The notes: generated by a model from the sequence alone, not told the origin. Shown: positions 9,200 through 20,233, numbered from the stretch's first letter. The stretch is 64,000 bases of DNA from an uncultured bacterium (GCA_963801165.1 CAWDDT010000004.1:224001-288000), one strand, 5' to 3'. Program-made: numbers and translations.

Positions 9200-10012
9200 A
9201 TGGGCCGCTGGCTGTTTGGGACCATCGTCTCTTCTGCGCTGCTGACTATCGGCTGGGTTTTCTTCACCAGAATGCTGCCGCGCCGGGTCGCAGGCCGCGT
9301 GGCGCGTCCTCCGCAGCAGCCGCTCACGGTCCTGCCGGGGGACGAGCGCCAGGTATCGCTGCCCATCGATGCGGAGACACAGCTGTCTGCGGCCAAGATG
9401 GCCCATGACCGGTTCCTGGAGGAGGCAGGAGAGCTGATCCGGGCGGCGCGCGGCGCCGGGCTGTTCACGGAGAACCTTCTGACCGAGGCGGCCGAGAAGG
9501 CAGGCGACGCCGTCAAGCTGCGGCCCGGCTCGTTCGACGCGAATCTGATGTGTGGCGAGATCGCGGTCAAGCGTGCGCTAATGGCGGCGCCGGACACCGC
9601 CGTCGATTTGTTGCAGCGGGCGGCGGGCTTCTTTGCGACAGCGAGTGAGACGAAGCGTGGTGTCGTCGATACGTATGTCGGAAGGGGCTGGGCGCACCTG
9701 GAGCGGGCCTACCGTCTCGAGGGCGAGGATGCGGCTGCGGCGTACGGCGCGGCGGCCGAGGCCTTCGGGGAGGGTTTCGGGGTGAACTCGCACAACCTGT
9801 TTGTACTACGCGGGTGGGGGCTGGCCGTCGATGGCCTTGCCCGCACGTTGGGCGAACGGGCCGAGCCCACGACGACCGCCGAGGAGAGGTACCAGATGGC
9901 GCTTGCCGAGCATCGGGCCGGCGACCACGAGTTGTACGGCTGGTATGCCGGGGTCCGTGCCTCCGCCGAGCCGGTGCGGATCCCGATGCCGCCGGTGCGG
10001 GACCGATACTGA
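9200..10012 (+). CDS. Membrane-anchored helical-repeat (TPR-like) hypothetical protein
   Basis: Strong SD AAGGAGG, N-terminal TM, Ala-rich helical body. Confidence 0.6.
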   Translation: MGRWLFGTIVSSALLTIGWVFFTRMLPRRVAGRVARPPQQPLTVLPGDERQVSLPIDAETQLSAAKMAHDRFLEEAGELIRAARGAGLFTENLLTEAAEKAGDAVKLRPGSFDANLMCGEIAVKRALMAAPDTAVDLLQRAAGFFATASETKRGVVDTYVGRGWAHLERAYRLEGEDAAAAYGAAAEAFGEGFGVNSHNLFVLRGWGLAVDGLARTLGERAEPTTTAEERYQMALAEHRAGDHELYGWYAGVRASAEPVRIPMPPVRDRY

Positions 10013-10101
10013 AGCGAGCAGTCTGATCACGGTGAGCGCACGTCTGCTAGTCAGCGCGGTTGTGGGTAATGTGGGCGCCACAAGTATCACGGAGGAATCG
10101 T

Positions 10102-10359
10102 ATGGCGCGGCGACGCTCGTGGAGTCGTGGTGATGATGGGGGACAGACGACGGGGTTCGCCGAGCGGATTGCGACGGCCACCAAACGCGATCCGGGGAGA
10201 GTCGACGACCCCTCAGCGCCGGCAGTGATTCCCCAGGGCCTGACCCGTTATCAGCGTCGGACCGCAAACCTGCCGTCGGGAGCGGTTCCGATGTCGGGAG
10301 AGGACAGGACGAACATTGTTATCGATCTTCGTCACCCGGCCGAGGATCAGCAGCCTTAG
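10102..10359 (+). CDS. Small hypothetical protein (85 aa)
   Basis: SD GGAGG 7 nt before the ATG; ends in VIDLR; 3' end overlaps zwf by 41 nt. Confidence 0.5.
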   Translation: MARRRSWSRGDDGGQTTGFAERIATATKRDPGRVDDPSAPAVIPQGLTRYQRRTANLPSGAVPMSGEDRTNIVIDLRHPAEDQQP

Positions 10360-11821
10360 CCTGCGGACTGGTGCGTATCTCGCCGCGGATCGGGCCCGAC
10401 GCCCATTGAATCGGGGTGTGTCTTCCTGACGGTCCCCACGTGCCGGCGGCGTACGGCAGCAACGGATGGCCATCCGTGGCGGCCTCGATCACCGGGTCGT
10501 ACAGCCGCCACGATGCCTCTACCTCGTCTGCACGAACGAACAGGGTCTGGTCGCCTTCGATGATGTCGAACAGCAGAGTCTGGTAGGCGTCGGGGAGCCG
10601 GTCGAACTCGTCTGCGTACATGAACCGCAGTTGCTTCTCGACCAGGCTCAATGCCTCGCCCGGCGTCTTGACGTCGAAGGAGACTTCGAAGCCCTCATTG
10701 GGCTGGATGATCAGCTTGATCAGGTTCTGGTGCTCGACACACTGATCGCGCTTGCCGTGGAACATACAGATCGGCGGCGGGCGGAACCTGATCACGATCT
10801 GCGAGCTGCGGGCAGGCATCCGCTTGCCGGTGCGCAGATAGAACGGCACCCCTTCCCAGCGCCAGTTGTCGATGTCGAGGCGGAGGCTGATATAGGTGGG
10901 AGTGACCGAGTCCGGGGGAACCTGCTCTTCCTCGCAATAGCCGGGCACTGCCCTTCCGTCGAGCTCGCCGGGGCCATACTGGCCAAGGGTCAACTCGTCG
11001 AGGTCGATGTGTCTGACCGCGCTGAGCAGTTGCACCTTGGCATCCCGGATGGCCTCGGGCTCGAACGAGTGCGGCGCATCCATGGCGACCAGTGCCAGCA
11101 GTTGGGTGAGATGGTTCTGCAGCATGTCGCGGATGACGCCGGCGCCGTCGTAGTACGCCGCCCTGCTGCCGATGCCGATCGATTCGGCGACTGTGATCTC
11201 GATGGCGTCGACGCGGTCACGGTTCCAGCTCGACTCGAAGAGCATGTTGGCGAATCGAAACGCCAGCACGTTGCGCACCGTCTCCTTGCCGAGGTAGTGG
11301 TCGATCCGATAGATCTGACTCTCGTCGAAGTGACGGTGCACGAGATCGTTGAGTGAGCGGGCGGATGCAAAATCACGCCCGAACGGCTTCTCGACGACGA
11401 CGCGGGTCCATCCGAGACTCTGGTTGAGACCCGCTTTGCTCAGCCCGGCTATAACTGCGGGCACTGCAGTGGGTGGTAGCGCCAGGTAGAAGATCCGGTT
11501 GCCGGGCAGCCGGTGTCGTGTCTCTATCGATGCGATCTTGTCGGCGAGACCGCCCAGCCCCTCGTTGCGCTGAACTCGTTGGAAGTAGACCCGCGAGTCG
11601 CACCAGGCCCCGAGGTCCCCGTCGATTCCCGCCTCGCTCAAGGCCTTTCTGGCGAAGTCGCGGTAGCCGTCGTCGTCGAAGTCGCGCGACGAGACGGCGA
11701 GCAGGATCGACTCGTCGCAGGTTCCGGAGTCGACCATGATCTGATACATCGACGGGAGCAGCTTTCTGCGAGCGAGATCGCCGGTGCCGCCGTAGATGAT
11801 GAACAAGTGGGGTTGGGCCAT
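10319..11821 (-). CDS. zwf: Glucose-6-phosphate 1-dehydrogenase
   Basis: GGTGDLARRKL, EKPFG, RIDHYLGKE, RWEGVPFYLRTGK; TAGAAT 7 nt before the ATG. Confidence 0.97.
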   Translation of the reverse strand: MAQPHLFIIYGGTGDLARRKLLPSMYQIMVDSGTCDESILLAVSSRDFDDDGYRDFARKALSEAGIDGDLGAWCDSRVYFQRVQRNEGLGGLADKIASIETRHRLPGNRIFYLALPPTAVPAVIAGLSKAGLNQSLGWTRVVVEKPFGRDFASARSLNDLVHRHFDESQIYRIDHYLGKETVRNVLAFRFANMLFESSWNRDRVDAIEITVAESIGIGSRAAYYDGAGVIRDMLQNHLTQLLALVAMDAPHSFEPEAIRDAKVQLLSAVRHIDLDELTLGQYGPGELDGRAVPGYCEEEQVPPDSVTPTYISLRLDIDNWRWEGVPFYLRTGKRMPARSSQIVIRFRPPPICMFHGKRDQCVEHQNLIKLIIQPNEGFEVSFDVKTPGEALSLVEKQLRFMYADEFDRLPDAYQTLLFDIIEGDQTLFVRADEVEASWRLYDPVIEAATDGHPLLPYAAGTWGPSGRHTPIQWASGPIRGEIRTSPQAKAADPRPGDEDR

Positions 11822-11909
11822 TGCGGGGATTCTATTGCGGGGATTCAATTCCCGGGCGATGCCCTTCCGCGAAGCGACGCCGTCGATACCGTCGACACGG
11901 GCATTGTGC

Positions 11910-11945
11910 GATCACTAAAGTGAACTTCGGTTCATTAAACCGAAC
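11910..11945. promoter_or_regulatory. Two tandem 16-bp quasi-palindromes, probable operators of the XRE-cupin regulator
   Basis: GATCACTAAAGTGAAC (11910-11925) and GTTCATTAAACCGAAC (11930-11945); AT-rich, immediately before the SD. Confidence 0.65.
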
Positions 11946-11954
11946 GGGAGGGTT

Positions 11955-12545
11955 GTGGTTACCGAGCCGCAAGAGACCGTGCAGGCCCATGTCGCCGATC
12001 TGGGATTACGTCTGCGTGAAGCGCGCCGAGGACGATTCACCGTAAAGGAGCTGGCCAACGCCGCGGGCGTCAGCAGCGGGCTGATCAGCGAGGTCGAGCG
12101 GGGGAGGGGCAATCCGTCGTTCCGCTCGCTCTATCGGATCAGCCAGGCCCTGGGTCTTCGGGTCGGTGACTTGCTTTCCCCCCAGCCCGATCACAGTCAA
12201 GCGGCCGCCCGGGTTGTGGCACGCGATCAACGCAAGCTTCTCCAGCTCGGCGAAAACGGTCTCGCATGGCAGCTGCTGACGCCCAGCCTCCAGGGACGGC
12301 TCGAAGTGCTGAAGACCACGATCCCACCCGGGTTCAGTAATGAGGAGGCCCCCTTCAAGCACGAAGGCGAGGAGTGTGTCTTTCTGCTGATCGGAGACGG
12401 CTTACAGGTAACGGTCGCAGGCGAGCTGTTCACCCTCGAGATGGGCGACGCCATCACCTACGACTCCGGAGACAGCCACTGGTGGAGCAATCCCACCGAC
12501 ACCGATGTCGTTGTCATCGGAGCGGTGACACCCCCGAGTTTCTGA
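11955..12545 (+). CDS. XRE-family HTH + cupin transcriptional regulator (PuuR-like)
   Basis: TVKELA..AGVS...ISEVERG..NPS helix-turn-helix; HEGEE and GDAITYDS..H cupin. Confidence 0.93.
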   Translation: MVTEPQETVQAHVADLGLRLREARRGRFTVKELANAAGVSSGLISEVERGRGNPSFRSLYRISQALGLRVGDLLSPQPDHSQAAARVVARDQRKLLQLGENGLAWQLLTPSLQGRLEVLKTTIPPGFSNEEAPFKHEGEECVFLLIGDGLQVTVAGELFTLEMGDAITYDSGDSHWWSNPTDTDVVVIGAVTPPSF

Positions 12546-12570
12546 TTCGAACACAACCAGAGGAGGAGAA

Positions 12571-14217
12571 ATGAGACATCAGGGAACGAGATGGAGATTC
12601 GTGCTGTTGATTGTCGCGCTCGTCACGGCTGCCGCAGCGTGTAGCAGCGGCGAGGGTGTCGACGTCGGAGACTCGACGACGACCACGGCGGCGGAGAATG
12701 GCTCGACGACCACCGCGATGACCGAGACAACCGCAATGACCGAGACAACCGCAATGACCGAGACAACCGCGGCCATGAGCGAGGGCGGCGGCGTTCTCGT
12801 CGCCGCTCAAGGGTCGGAACCCGACACCCTGGATCCGCACATGACAAGCTCATACGCCAGCTTCCAGGTGCTCGAGAACGTATATGACACCCTGGTGCAG
12901 CCGGCGGCCGACCTCTCAATGGAGCCGGCTCTTGCCGAGAGCTGGGACATCAGCGACGACAATCTGACCTGGACCTTCCACCTCCGTCCCGGGGTGAAGT
13001 TCCACAACGGTCGTGATCTCGTTGCAGACGACGTGGTCTACAGCTTCAACCGGGTCATCGACGAGGGCCTCAATGGTTGGCGATTTGGTGCAGTAAACAC
13101 CATCACGGCTCCCGACGACGCGACGGTAGTGATCACGCTGAACCAGCCGAGCCCGAATCTGCTGGTCTCGATCGCAGGTTTCAAGGGCATGGCCATCGTC
13201 CCGCAGGAGATTGTCGAGGACGGGACCATCGCCACGCATCCGGTCGGAACCGGGCCGTTCCGCTTCGTGTCCCAGTCGCCCGATCAAGGCATCGTGCTCG
13301 AGAAGAACCCCGACTACTGGCGAGCCGACGAGGGTCTTCCCAAGCTCGACGGTGTCCGTTTCGTCCAGATCCCGGACGCCGGTACCAAGCTGACGGCGCT
13401 CGAGACCGGTGAGGTGCAGTGGATCGATGCCGTGCCACCCCAGAACATCGACGCGCTGGCGGCCGAAGACGGGATCACGGTCGGTCGGGTGCCCGGAGGT
13501 GACTACCACTACTTCGCCCTCAACGAGAACCGGCCCCCGTTCGACAACGTGTTGGTGCGTCAGGCAATCGCCACGGCGATCAACCGTGGCGAGATCGCCG
13601 AGGCGGCTCAGTTTGGAGCGGCCACACCGAACGAGACCGCGATACCGGCCTCCAACAAGGCGTGGTACTTCGACTATGCGCCGTACGCACCGGGTGACCT
13701 CGAGACCGCCCAGGGTTTGCTCGATCAGGCAGGTGTTTCCGACCTGACCATCGACTTCCTGGTAACCAGCGACAACCCCGAAACGGTGACTCAGGCGCAG
13801 GTGATCGCGGCCGAGCTGGAACCGCTCGGGATAACGGTGAACATCACCGATGTCGACTTCAACACCTGGCTCGACCGCGAGGCGAACGGTGAGTTCGACG
13901 CCTTCATGTTGAGCTGGGTCGGCAACATCGACCCCGATGACTTCTATTACGCCCAGCACCACACCGGCGCAAACTTCAACTTCCAGGGCTACTCGAACAG
14001 TGAAGTTGATTCGCTGCTGGATCAGGCGAGGGTTGAGACCGACCAGGCGGCTCGCAAGGACCTGTACGACCAGGCAGCGAAGATCATCGTCGATGAGGCG
14101 TCGTACATTTACCTGTACAACCCTGACAACATCAACGCATGGCGCAACGAAGTCGGCGGGTACATGACCCGCGGCGACAAGGCGGTGCGGTTCGTGGAGA
14201 CAACGCTCAGCCAGTGA
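12571..14217 (+). CDS. Peptide/nickel ABC substrate-binding lipoprotein (family 5)
   Basis: Lipobox AAAC, YDTLV..LAESW..WTFHLRPGVKFHNG, GTGPF. Confidence 0.95.
   Translation: MRHQGTRWRFVLLIVALVTAAAACSSGEGVDVGDSTTTTAAENGSTTTAMTETTAMTETTAMTETTAAMSEGGGVLVAAQGSEPDTLDPHMTSSYASFQVLENVYDTLVQPAADLSMEPALAESWDISDDNLTWTFHLRPGVKFHNGRDLVADDVVYSFNRVIDEGLNGWRFGAVNTITAPDDATVVITLNQPSPNLLVSIAGFKGMAIVPQEIVEDGTIATHPVGTGPFRFVSQSPDQGIVLEKNPDYWRADEGLPKLDGVRFVQIPDAGTKLTALETGEVQWIDAVPPQNIDALAAEDGITVGRVPGGDYHYFALNENRPPFDNVLVRQAIATAINRGEIAEAAQFGAATPNETAIPASNKAWYFDYAPYAPGDLETAQGLLDQAGVSDLTIDFLVTSDNPETVTQAQVIAAELEPLGITVNITDVDFNTWLDREANGEFDAFMLSWVGNIDPDDFYYAQHHTGANFNFQGYSNSEVDSLLDQARVETDQAARKDLYDQAAKIIVDEASYIYLYNPDNINAWRNEVGGYMTRGDKAVRFVETTLSQ
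12712..12770 (+). repeat. In-frame 18-bp tandem repeat (TAMTET x3) in the lipoprotein linker
   Basis: ACCGCRATGACCGAGACA x3. Confidence 0.9.
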
Positions 14218-14225
14218 GCCAACCA

Positions 14226-14273
14226 CCGGTGGGAGTCGGGCGCCACCCGCTCCCACCGGCCTCCCATCGGAGG
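14226..14273 (+). promoter_or_regulatory. Intercistronic stem-loop plus a small hairpin sequestering the permease SD
   Basis: CCGGTGGGAG...CTCCCACCGG, then CCTCC-catc-GGAGG. Confidence 0.65.
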
Positions 14274-14280
14274 AAGGAAC

Positions 14281-15225
14281 ATGACGGGATTCCTGGCACG
14301 ACGCTTCATGCAGATGATCCTGGCATTGCTGGGTGTCAGCATCGTCGTGTTCTCATTGATCCACCTGGTACCTGGAGACCCGGTGCGGGTTGCGCTCGGT
14401 ACCCGGTTCGATCCCGACCTGTACAACACGCTGACGCATCGGGTGGGGCTCGACAAGCCGCTGCTCGAGCAGTACTTCTCCTGGCTGGGGCATGCCCTAA
14501 CCGGTGACCTCGGGGTCAGCTTCCGCAACGGGCAGCCCGTCACCACTCTCGTTCTCCAGCGGCTCCCGGCGACGGCGACGTTGGCGCTGGCTGCGCTGCT
14601 CATCGCCATCTTGGTGGCCATGCCGGCAGGGATCATCTCGGCGGTCCGGTCGGGGAGCGCACTCGATTACACGGTCACCGCAGCCAGCCAGATCGGCATC
14701 TCAATGCCGGACTTCTGGGCGGGTGTCATGTACATCCTGTTGTTCGCCCTCGCCCTCGGCTGGCTTCCGTCGTCCGGTTACGTGTCCCTCACGGTGAGCC
14801 CTGTGGAATGGGCGCGCCATCTTCTGTTGCCCGCCCTCACCATCGGGCTGATCTCCGGATCGATAATCACCCGTTTTGTGCGATCGTCGGTGCTCGAGGC
14901 GCTCAACCAGGACTACGTCCTCACCGCACGGGCCAAGGGTCTATCGGAGTGGCAGATCGTCCGCCGCCACGTCCTCCCCAACGCCTGGATTCCCATTGTC
15001 ACCGTCGTCGGGCTGCAGTTCGGCTTCCTCCTCGGCGGGGTTGTGGTCACCGAGGTCATCTTCGCCTGGCCGGGTCTGGGCCGGCTTGCGCTCACCGCGG
15101 TGAAGGACCGCGACTACACGGTGCTACAGGGAGCGGTGCTCTACATCGCCTTCATGTTCCTCGTGATCAACCTCCTCGTCGACATCATCTACGCCCGACT
15201 CGACCCGCGGGTGCGTGTGTCATGA
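14281..15225 (+). CDS. Peptide ABC permease (DppB/OppB-like)
   Basis: PGDP, GDLGVS, DYVLTARAKGL EAA loop. Confidence 0.95.
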   Translation: MTGFLARRFMQMILALLGVSIVVFSLIHLVPGDPVRVALGTRFDPDLYNTLTHRVGLDKPLLEQYFSWLGHALTGDLGVSFRNGQPVTTLVLQRLPATATLALAALLIAILVAMPAGIISAVRSGSALDYTVTAASQIGISMPDFWAGVMYILLFALALGWLPSSGYVSLTVSPVEWARHLLLPALTIGLISGSIITRFVRSSVLEALNQDYVLTARAKGLSEWQIVRRHVLPNAWIPIVTVVGLQFGFLLGGVVVTEVIFAWPGLGRLALTAVKDRDYTVLQGAVLYIAFMFLVINLLVDIIYARLDPRVRVS

Positions 15226-16124
15226 CAGCCGACGCCGACCGTCTCGCCACAAAGCCCGTCTCGCAGACCAGGGAGACCCTCCAGGCGCTGCTGGCCAACA
15301 AGCTGGCGGTCGCCGGATTGATCGTCCTCGGCCTGCTCGTCATCGTCGGGGTCTTTGGCAAGGCGATTGCACCATTCGGGATCAACGAGATCGATATTCC
15401 CAACCGGCTGAGCGGGCCGTCGTCGTTGCACTGGTTCGGTACCGACAACCTGGGCCGTGACACGCTGAGCAGGATCCTCATCGCCGCCCGGGTGTCACTC
15501 CAGGTCGGGTTCATTGCGGTCGGCTTTGCCCTCGTTGTGGGGGTACCGATCGGGCTCCTCGCCGGCTACTACCGCGGTGCGGTCGATGCGGTCCTGATGC
15601 GCCTCATGGACATTCTCTTCTCGTTCCCGGCAATCCTGTTGGCCATTGCCATCCTGGCGGTGCTCGGCCCCGGTATCCGCAACGCGATGATCGCCATCGG
15701 TCTGGTCTATACCCCGATCTTCGCCAGAATCACCCGCGGCAGCGTGCTGGTCGTCTCTGAGGAGGTCTACATCCGGGCCGCCCGGTCCCTTGGCGCTGGC
15801 AATCGCCGCATCCTCTTCCGGCACATCCTTCCCAACGTGGCGGCCCCGATCATCGTGCAGACGACCCTGTCGCTTGCCTTTGCGATCTTGTCCGAGGCTG
15901 CCCTTTCGTTTCTCGGTCTCGGGGTGCAGCCCCCGAATCCGGCCTGGGGCAGGATGCTGGCCGACGGCCGTGATTATTTTCAGCAGAACCCGTGGATGGG
16001 CATCTTCCCCGGTATCGCCATCCTGGTGACGGTGATGGCGTTCAACTTCGTCGGCGACGGGCTGCGCGACGCCCTCGACCCGAAACAGAAGTCGGTGATC
16101 GAATCCAGAGGCCAGTCGGCATGA
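15222..16124 (+). CDS. Peptide ABC permease (DppC/OppC-like)
   Basis: HWFGTDNLGRD, HILPN, EAALSFLGLG, GDGLRDALDP. Confidence 0.95.
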   Translation: MTADADRLATKPVSQTRETLQALLANKLAVAGLIVLGLLVIVGVFGKAIAPFGINEIDIPNRLSGPSSLHWFGTDNLGRDTLSRILIAARVSLQVGFIAVGFALVVGVPIGLLAGYYRGAVDAVLMRLMDILFSFPAILLAIAILAVLGPGIRNAMIAIGLVYTPIFARITRGSVLVVSEEVYIRAARSLGAGNRRILFRHILPNVAAPIIVQTTLSLAFAILSEAALSFLGLGVQPPNPAWGRMLADGRDYFQQNPWMGIFPGIAILVTVMAFNFVGDGLRDALDPKQKSVIESRGQSA

Positions 16125-17107
16125 GCGATCCGGTACTCACCATACGTGATCTCACCGTCCGGTTCGGGACCAAACGCGGTGTCGCCGAAGTGGTAACCGG
16201 CATCTCCTACGACCTCCACCCCGGGGAGACCCTGGCCATCGTCGGCGAATCGGGCTCGGGCAAGAGCGTGGGAGTGCTCGCCATCATGGGGCTGCTCGCC
16301 CAACCCCCCGCCGCGGTCTCCGGGTCGGTCCGATACCGCGGGGCCGAGCTGCTCACGATGACACCGAAGGAGCTGCGGGCTATCCGGGGCAGCGGTCTGG
16401 CGATGATCTTTCAGGACCCGATGACTTCGCTCAACCCGGTGCGCACCGTCGGCTACCAGATCACCGAGCCGATGGCGCTTCATCTCGATCTCACCCGTGA
16501 CGCGGCCCGCGAACGTGCCGTCGAGCTGCTCGACCTGGTCGGCATCCCCGCGCCTGCGGAGCGATACAAGGAGTATCCCCACCAACTCTCCGGGGGGATG
16601 CGCCAGCGGGTCATGATCGCCATGGCCCTGGCGTGCAACCCGGACGTGCTTATCGCCGACGAGGCAACCACGGCTCTCGACGTCACCACCCAGGCGCAGA
16701 TCATCGAACTCGTGGCCGGGCTGCAGACCAGGATCGGGATGGCCGTCATCTGGATCACCCACGATCTCGGCGTCGTCGCCGGCATTGCCGACCGGGTCCA
16801 CGTGATGTACGGCGGGCGCTTCATGGAGCAGGCGCCGGTGGACGACCTCTATGCGGCGCCGCGCCACCCTTACACCGAGGGGCTGCTCGGCTCGTTGCCG
16901 GTGCCCGGGGCGGATCGCCCCGACAAGTTGATGACCATCGCCGGCCTGCCGCCCGATCCGGTGGCGATGCCCGCCGGGTGCCCGTTTGCTCCCCGCTGTA
17001 GGTACGCCGATCACGACCGCTGCGATCGGGAGGTCCCGATGTTGGATGGGGTCACCGCCGGCCACCAGGCCGCCTGCTTCTACCCGTTGGTGCCGGCGCA
17101 TGAGTGA
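16121..17107 (+). CDS. Peptide ABC ATPase (DppD/OppD-like)
   Basis: [25 protein letters not shown]-terminal Cys cluster. Confidence 0.95.
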   Translation: MSDPVLTIRDLTVRFGTKRGVAEVVTGISYDLHPGETLAIVGESGSGKSVGVLAIMGLLAQPPAAVSGSVRYRGAELLTMTPKELRAIRGSGLAMIFQDPMTSLNPVRTVGYQITEPMALHLDLTRDAARERAVELLDLVGIPAPAERYKEYPHQLSGGMRQRVMIAMALACNPDVLIADEATTALDVTTQAQIIELVAGLQTRIGMAVIWITHDLGVVAGIADRVHVMYGGRFMEQAPVDDLYAAPRHPYTEGLLGSLPVPGADRPDKLMTIAGLPPDPVAMPAGCPFAPRCRYADHDRCDREVPMLDGVTAGHQAACFYPLVPAHE

Positions 17108-18077
17108 GTTCCTCGTCGAGGTCAGGGATCTCGAAGTCCATTTCCCGGTTTACGACACGGGTGTCATACGTCATCACGTCAACGATGTGAAGGCGGTCGA
17201 TGGGGTCAGCTTCCGGGTGCGGCGGGGCGAGACTCTCGGACTCGTCGGCGAGTCCGGTTGTGGCAAGACGACGACCGGTCTGGCGCTGACGCGTCTCATC
17301 AACCCGACAGGCGGTGAGGTGTGGTTTGACGGCACCGAGATGAGCACTCTGTCGGCCGGTGAGCTGCGGGCATTGAGAAAGCGGATGGCGATGATCTTCC
17401 AGGACCCGTATGCATCGCTCGATCCCCGCATGTCCATCGGTAAGCTCGTCGCCGAGCCGCTGGTCATACACGGGCTGGCGAGGAGCAGACGCCAACGCGA
17501 TAGCCGTGTTGGCGAGCTCTTGGAGATGGTCGGGCTCAGCCCCGATTACAGGAATCGTTACCCGCACGAGTTCTCTGGCGGCCAGCGGCAGCGGGTCGGC
17601 ATCGCCCGGGCTCTCGCCACCGAACCTGATTTCGTCGTCTGTGACGAGCCGATTGCCGCGCTGGACGTCTCGATCCAGGCAGGGGTGATGAATCTGCTCG
17701 AGGATCTGCAGCGGGAGCTTGGGCTCACCTATCTCTTCATAGCCCACGATCTGTCCGCGGTGCAGCATTTCAGCGATCGGATCGCAGTCATGTACCTCGG
17801 CCGCATCGTCGAGGTCGCCGACCGGGTCGGGCTGTACGAACAGCCGCATCACCCCTACACCGAGGCCCTGCTCTCGGCGGTGCCGGTTCCGGACCCCGTG
17901 GTCGAGCGGCAGAGGACGAGGATCATCCTGCAGGGTGACGTGCCCAGCCCGATCGATCCGCCCTCGGGCTGCAACTTCCACCCGCGTTGTCCCAAGGCGT
18001 TCGAGGCATGTCCGCAAGAGGATCCGGCCCTGGCGGCGGTAGGCGACCACGAAGTGGCCTGCCTGCTCTATCAGTAG
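17100..18077 (+). CDS. Peptide ABC ATPase (DppF/OppF-like)
   Basis: [32 protein letters not shown]. Confidence 0.95.
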   Translation: MSEFLVEVRDLEVHFPVYDTGVIRHHVNDVKAVDGVSFRVRRGETLGLVGESGCGKTTTGLALTRLINPTGGEVWFDGTEMSTLSAGELRALRKRMAMIFQDPYASLDPRMSIGKLVAEPLVIHGLARSRRQRDSRVGELLEMVGLSPDYRNRYPHEFSGGQRQRVGIARALATEPDFVVCDEPIAALDVSIQAGVMNLLEDLQRELGLTYLFIAHDLSAVQHFSDRIAVMYLGRIVEVADRVGLYEQPHHPYTEALLSAVPVPDPVVERQRTRIILQGDVPSPIDPPSGCNFHPRCPKAFEACPQEDPALAAVGDHEVACLLYQ

Positions 18078-20233
18078 ATGAAGTGCTCGATCAGTCGCGC
18101 CAGTCGCGACTTGCGCGCCGAGACCTTGGCGTACACCAGAAGCGCAGGGGCGTCGACCATCTCGGCGATGCGGTCGGCCAGGTCGCTGACGCCAAACCGG
18201 CTGGCGACCGCACCGATGATCACGAGGTTGGCGCCGCGCGAGAGCCTGGCGATGGTGCCGAGTAGCTCCTCTGCAGGTTCGATCCTGCTCTCGGTCGGCG
18301 GCGTCATCATCTCGTGAAGCCGCTCGTGGTAGCCGGCCACCGATGCGATCTGGGCGTCGGTGGCATCCTCGTTGACTACGTGCACGAAGCGAATCGATGC
18401 CTGTTCCCGCTGGGCGATCCGGTCGGCGAGGCTGATCTTGAGGACGTCATACGGGCCGCCCGAGCCGAGGATGACGATGTTGTCGATCTCGTCGAGACCG
18501 CGGTTGCGGAAGAGGATCGTGTCGCACTCGGAGTTGTCGCGCAGCCAGCTCAGGTCACGGACAGAAGGCCGGTTGGCGCGCAGGTCGCTCGGCATCTCCG
18601 CCAGGAGCAGATCGACGTCGTGCTCGCCGATCCAGCGTTGGTGGTCCTCACGGATGGCGGAGGGGACGATGTTGTCGAGGACGACACCGGCTTTTCCGGC
18701 GATCGACCGCACCTCGGCGGCCCAGGCCTGTTCCTGGCGGGGATCTCCGGCACCGGCGCGGTCGAGTCTCCCGATCTCGATGGTGCCCCCGTCCTGGGTG
18801 AGGTCGGCGGCGATCTGCAGGATCTCACCGAGCCGGCGTCTCGTCATTCCCTGCCAGCTGAGCACGAGAACGTGTGCCGCACCGGGGCGCCGCAGAGCGT
18901 CCTCGGTGAGGGAGATGAGCCGGTCGGTGTCGCGAATTCGCAAAGCGTCGAGCGAGGCGCTCTCCCGGCTCGCCCGGGAGCTGCCGAACACGCGGTACCA
19001 CACCACGCCGACGGCCACGATGAGCAGGGCGCCAACGATCGGGATAATTCCCATCTGGGTGAGGAGGATCAGAGAGCCGGCGATCCCGAAGATCTGGATC
19101 CAGGGGTAGAGCGGGGAGCGGAAGCTCGGCCGGTACCAGTCGAGATGGCTCTCCCGGAACGCGATCACCGCGAGGTTCACCAGCGAGAACACGATCAGTT
19201 GGAAGGCGGATGCCAGCTTGGCCAGGTCGAGCAAGGGGACGAAGGAGATCAACGCCAGCAGGACAGCACCGGTGAGGACGATCGAGTAAGTGGGAGTGGA
19301 ACGGGGGCTGACCCGGGCGAGGACCGGCGGCGCCAGCGAATGGCGAGCCATGGCGAAGGGGTACCGCGACGCAGCGAGTACCCCGGCGTTGGCCATCGAG
19401 ATGAGGGCGATGATGGCAACAACGATCATGATGTCTTCGCCGAAGCTGCTCATGAAGTGCTCGGCGGCTGCGCTGATCGGCGTCACGGTCTTCGCCAGGG
19501 CGTCGGCGCCGACGGTGCCCACCATCACCCAGGTGACGACGGGGTACACGCCCATCATCAGCAAAACTGAGAGCAAGATGCCCGCCGGGACGTTTCGGCT
19601 CGGATTGCGGACCTCCTCGGCGATCGAGGCCACCTTGGTCACACCAATGAACGACACGAACACGAGTCCGGTCGCAGAGAGCAATCCCTTGTATCCCTCG
19701 GAGAGAAAGGGCTCGAATTGGGTGCTCGACACCGCTCCCGCCCCCCGGATCACGAACCACCCCAGGACACCGAGAACCACGGCGATGAGCATCGACTGGA
19801 ACCGAGCCGTTGTCTTGGCCCCGGTGATGTTGAGGACGATGACCCCGACAGCGAGAGCCGCCGCCACCGGCCGGGCCGGTAGATCGTCGAACAGCTGTAG
19901 ATAGTCACCGAGACCGACGAGGGCGAAAGCCGACTTGAACACCATCGAGAACCAGACGCCGAAACCGGCGATCGTTCCCAGCAGCGGCCCCATCGCCCGG
20001 TCGATGTATAGGTAGGTGCCGCCCGATTCGGGCATGGCCGTGGCCATCTCCGATTGTGAGAGCGCTGCGGGGAAAATGATCAGACCGGCGATGAAGTATG
20101 CGAGGACCACGGCCGGACCGGCGATCTTGGTGGCGAGACCGGGCAGTACGAAGATCCCGCTGCCGATCATCGCCCCAACGCTCACAGCAAAGACGCCGTA
20201 GAGGCCGAGCTTCGCTTCGAGTCGGTCGGTCAC
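18071..20233 (-). CDS. APC-family amino-acid permease with C-terminal universal-stress-like domains
   Basis: GAMIGSGIF, about 12 TMs, AEEVRNP; soluble tail of about 300 aa ending ANLVIIG...[14 protein letters not shown]. Confidence 0.9.
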   Translation of the reverse strand: MTDRLEAKLGLYGVFAVSVGAMIGSGIFVLPGLATKIAGPAVVLAYFIAGLIIFPAALSQSEMATAMPESGGTYLYIDRAMGPLLGTIAGFGVWFSMVFKSAFALVGLGDYLQLFDDLPARPVAAALAVGVIVLNITGAKTTARFQSMLIAVVLGVLGWFVIRGAGAVSSTQFEPFLSEGYKGLLSATGLVFVSFIGVTKVASIAEEVRNPSRNVPAGILLSVLLMMGVYPVVTWVMVGTVGADALAKTVTPISAAAEHFMSSFGEDIMIVVAIIALISMANAGVLAASRYPFAMARHSLAPPVLARVSPRSTPTYSIVLTGAVLLALISFVPLLDLAKLASAFQLIVFSLVNLAVIAFRESHLDWYRPSFRSPLYPWIQIFGIAGSLILLTQMGIIPIVGALLIVAVGVVWYRVFGSSRASRESASLDALRIRDTDRLISLTEDALRRPGAAHVLVLSWQGMTRRRLGEILQIAADLTQDGGTIEIGRLDRAGAGDPRQEQAWAAEVRSIAGKAGVVLDNIVPSAIREDHQRWIGEHDVDLLLAEMPSDLRANRPSVRDLSWLRDNSECDTILFRNRGLDEIDNIVILGSGGPYDVLKISLADRIAQREQASIRFVHVVNEDATDAQIASVAGYHERLHEMMTPPTESRIEPAEELLGTIARLSRGANLVIIGAVASRFGVSDLADRIAEMVDAPALLVYAKVSARKSRLARLIEHFIY

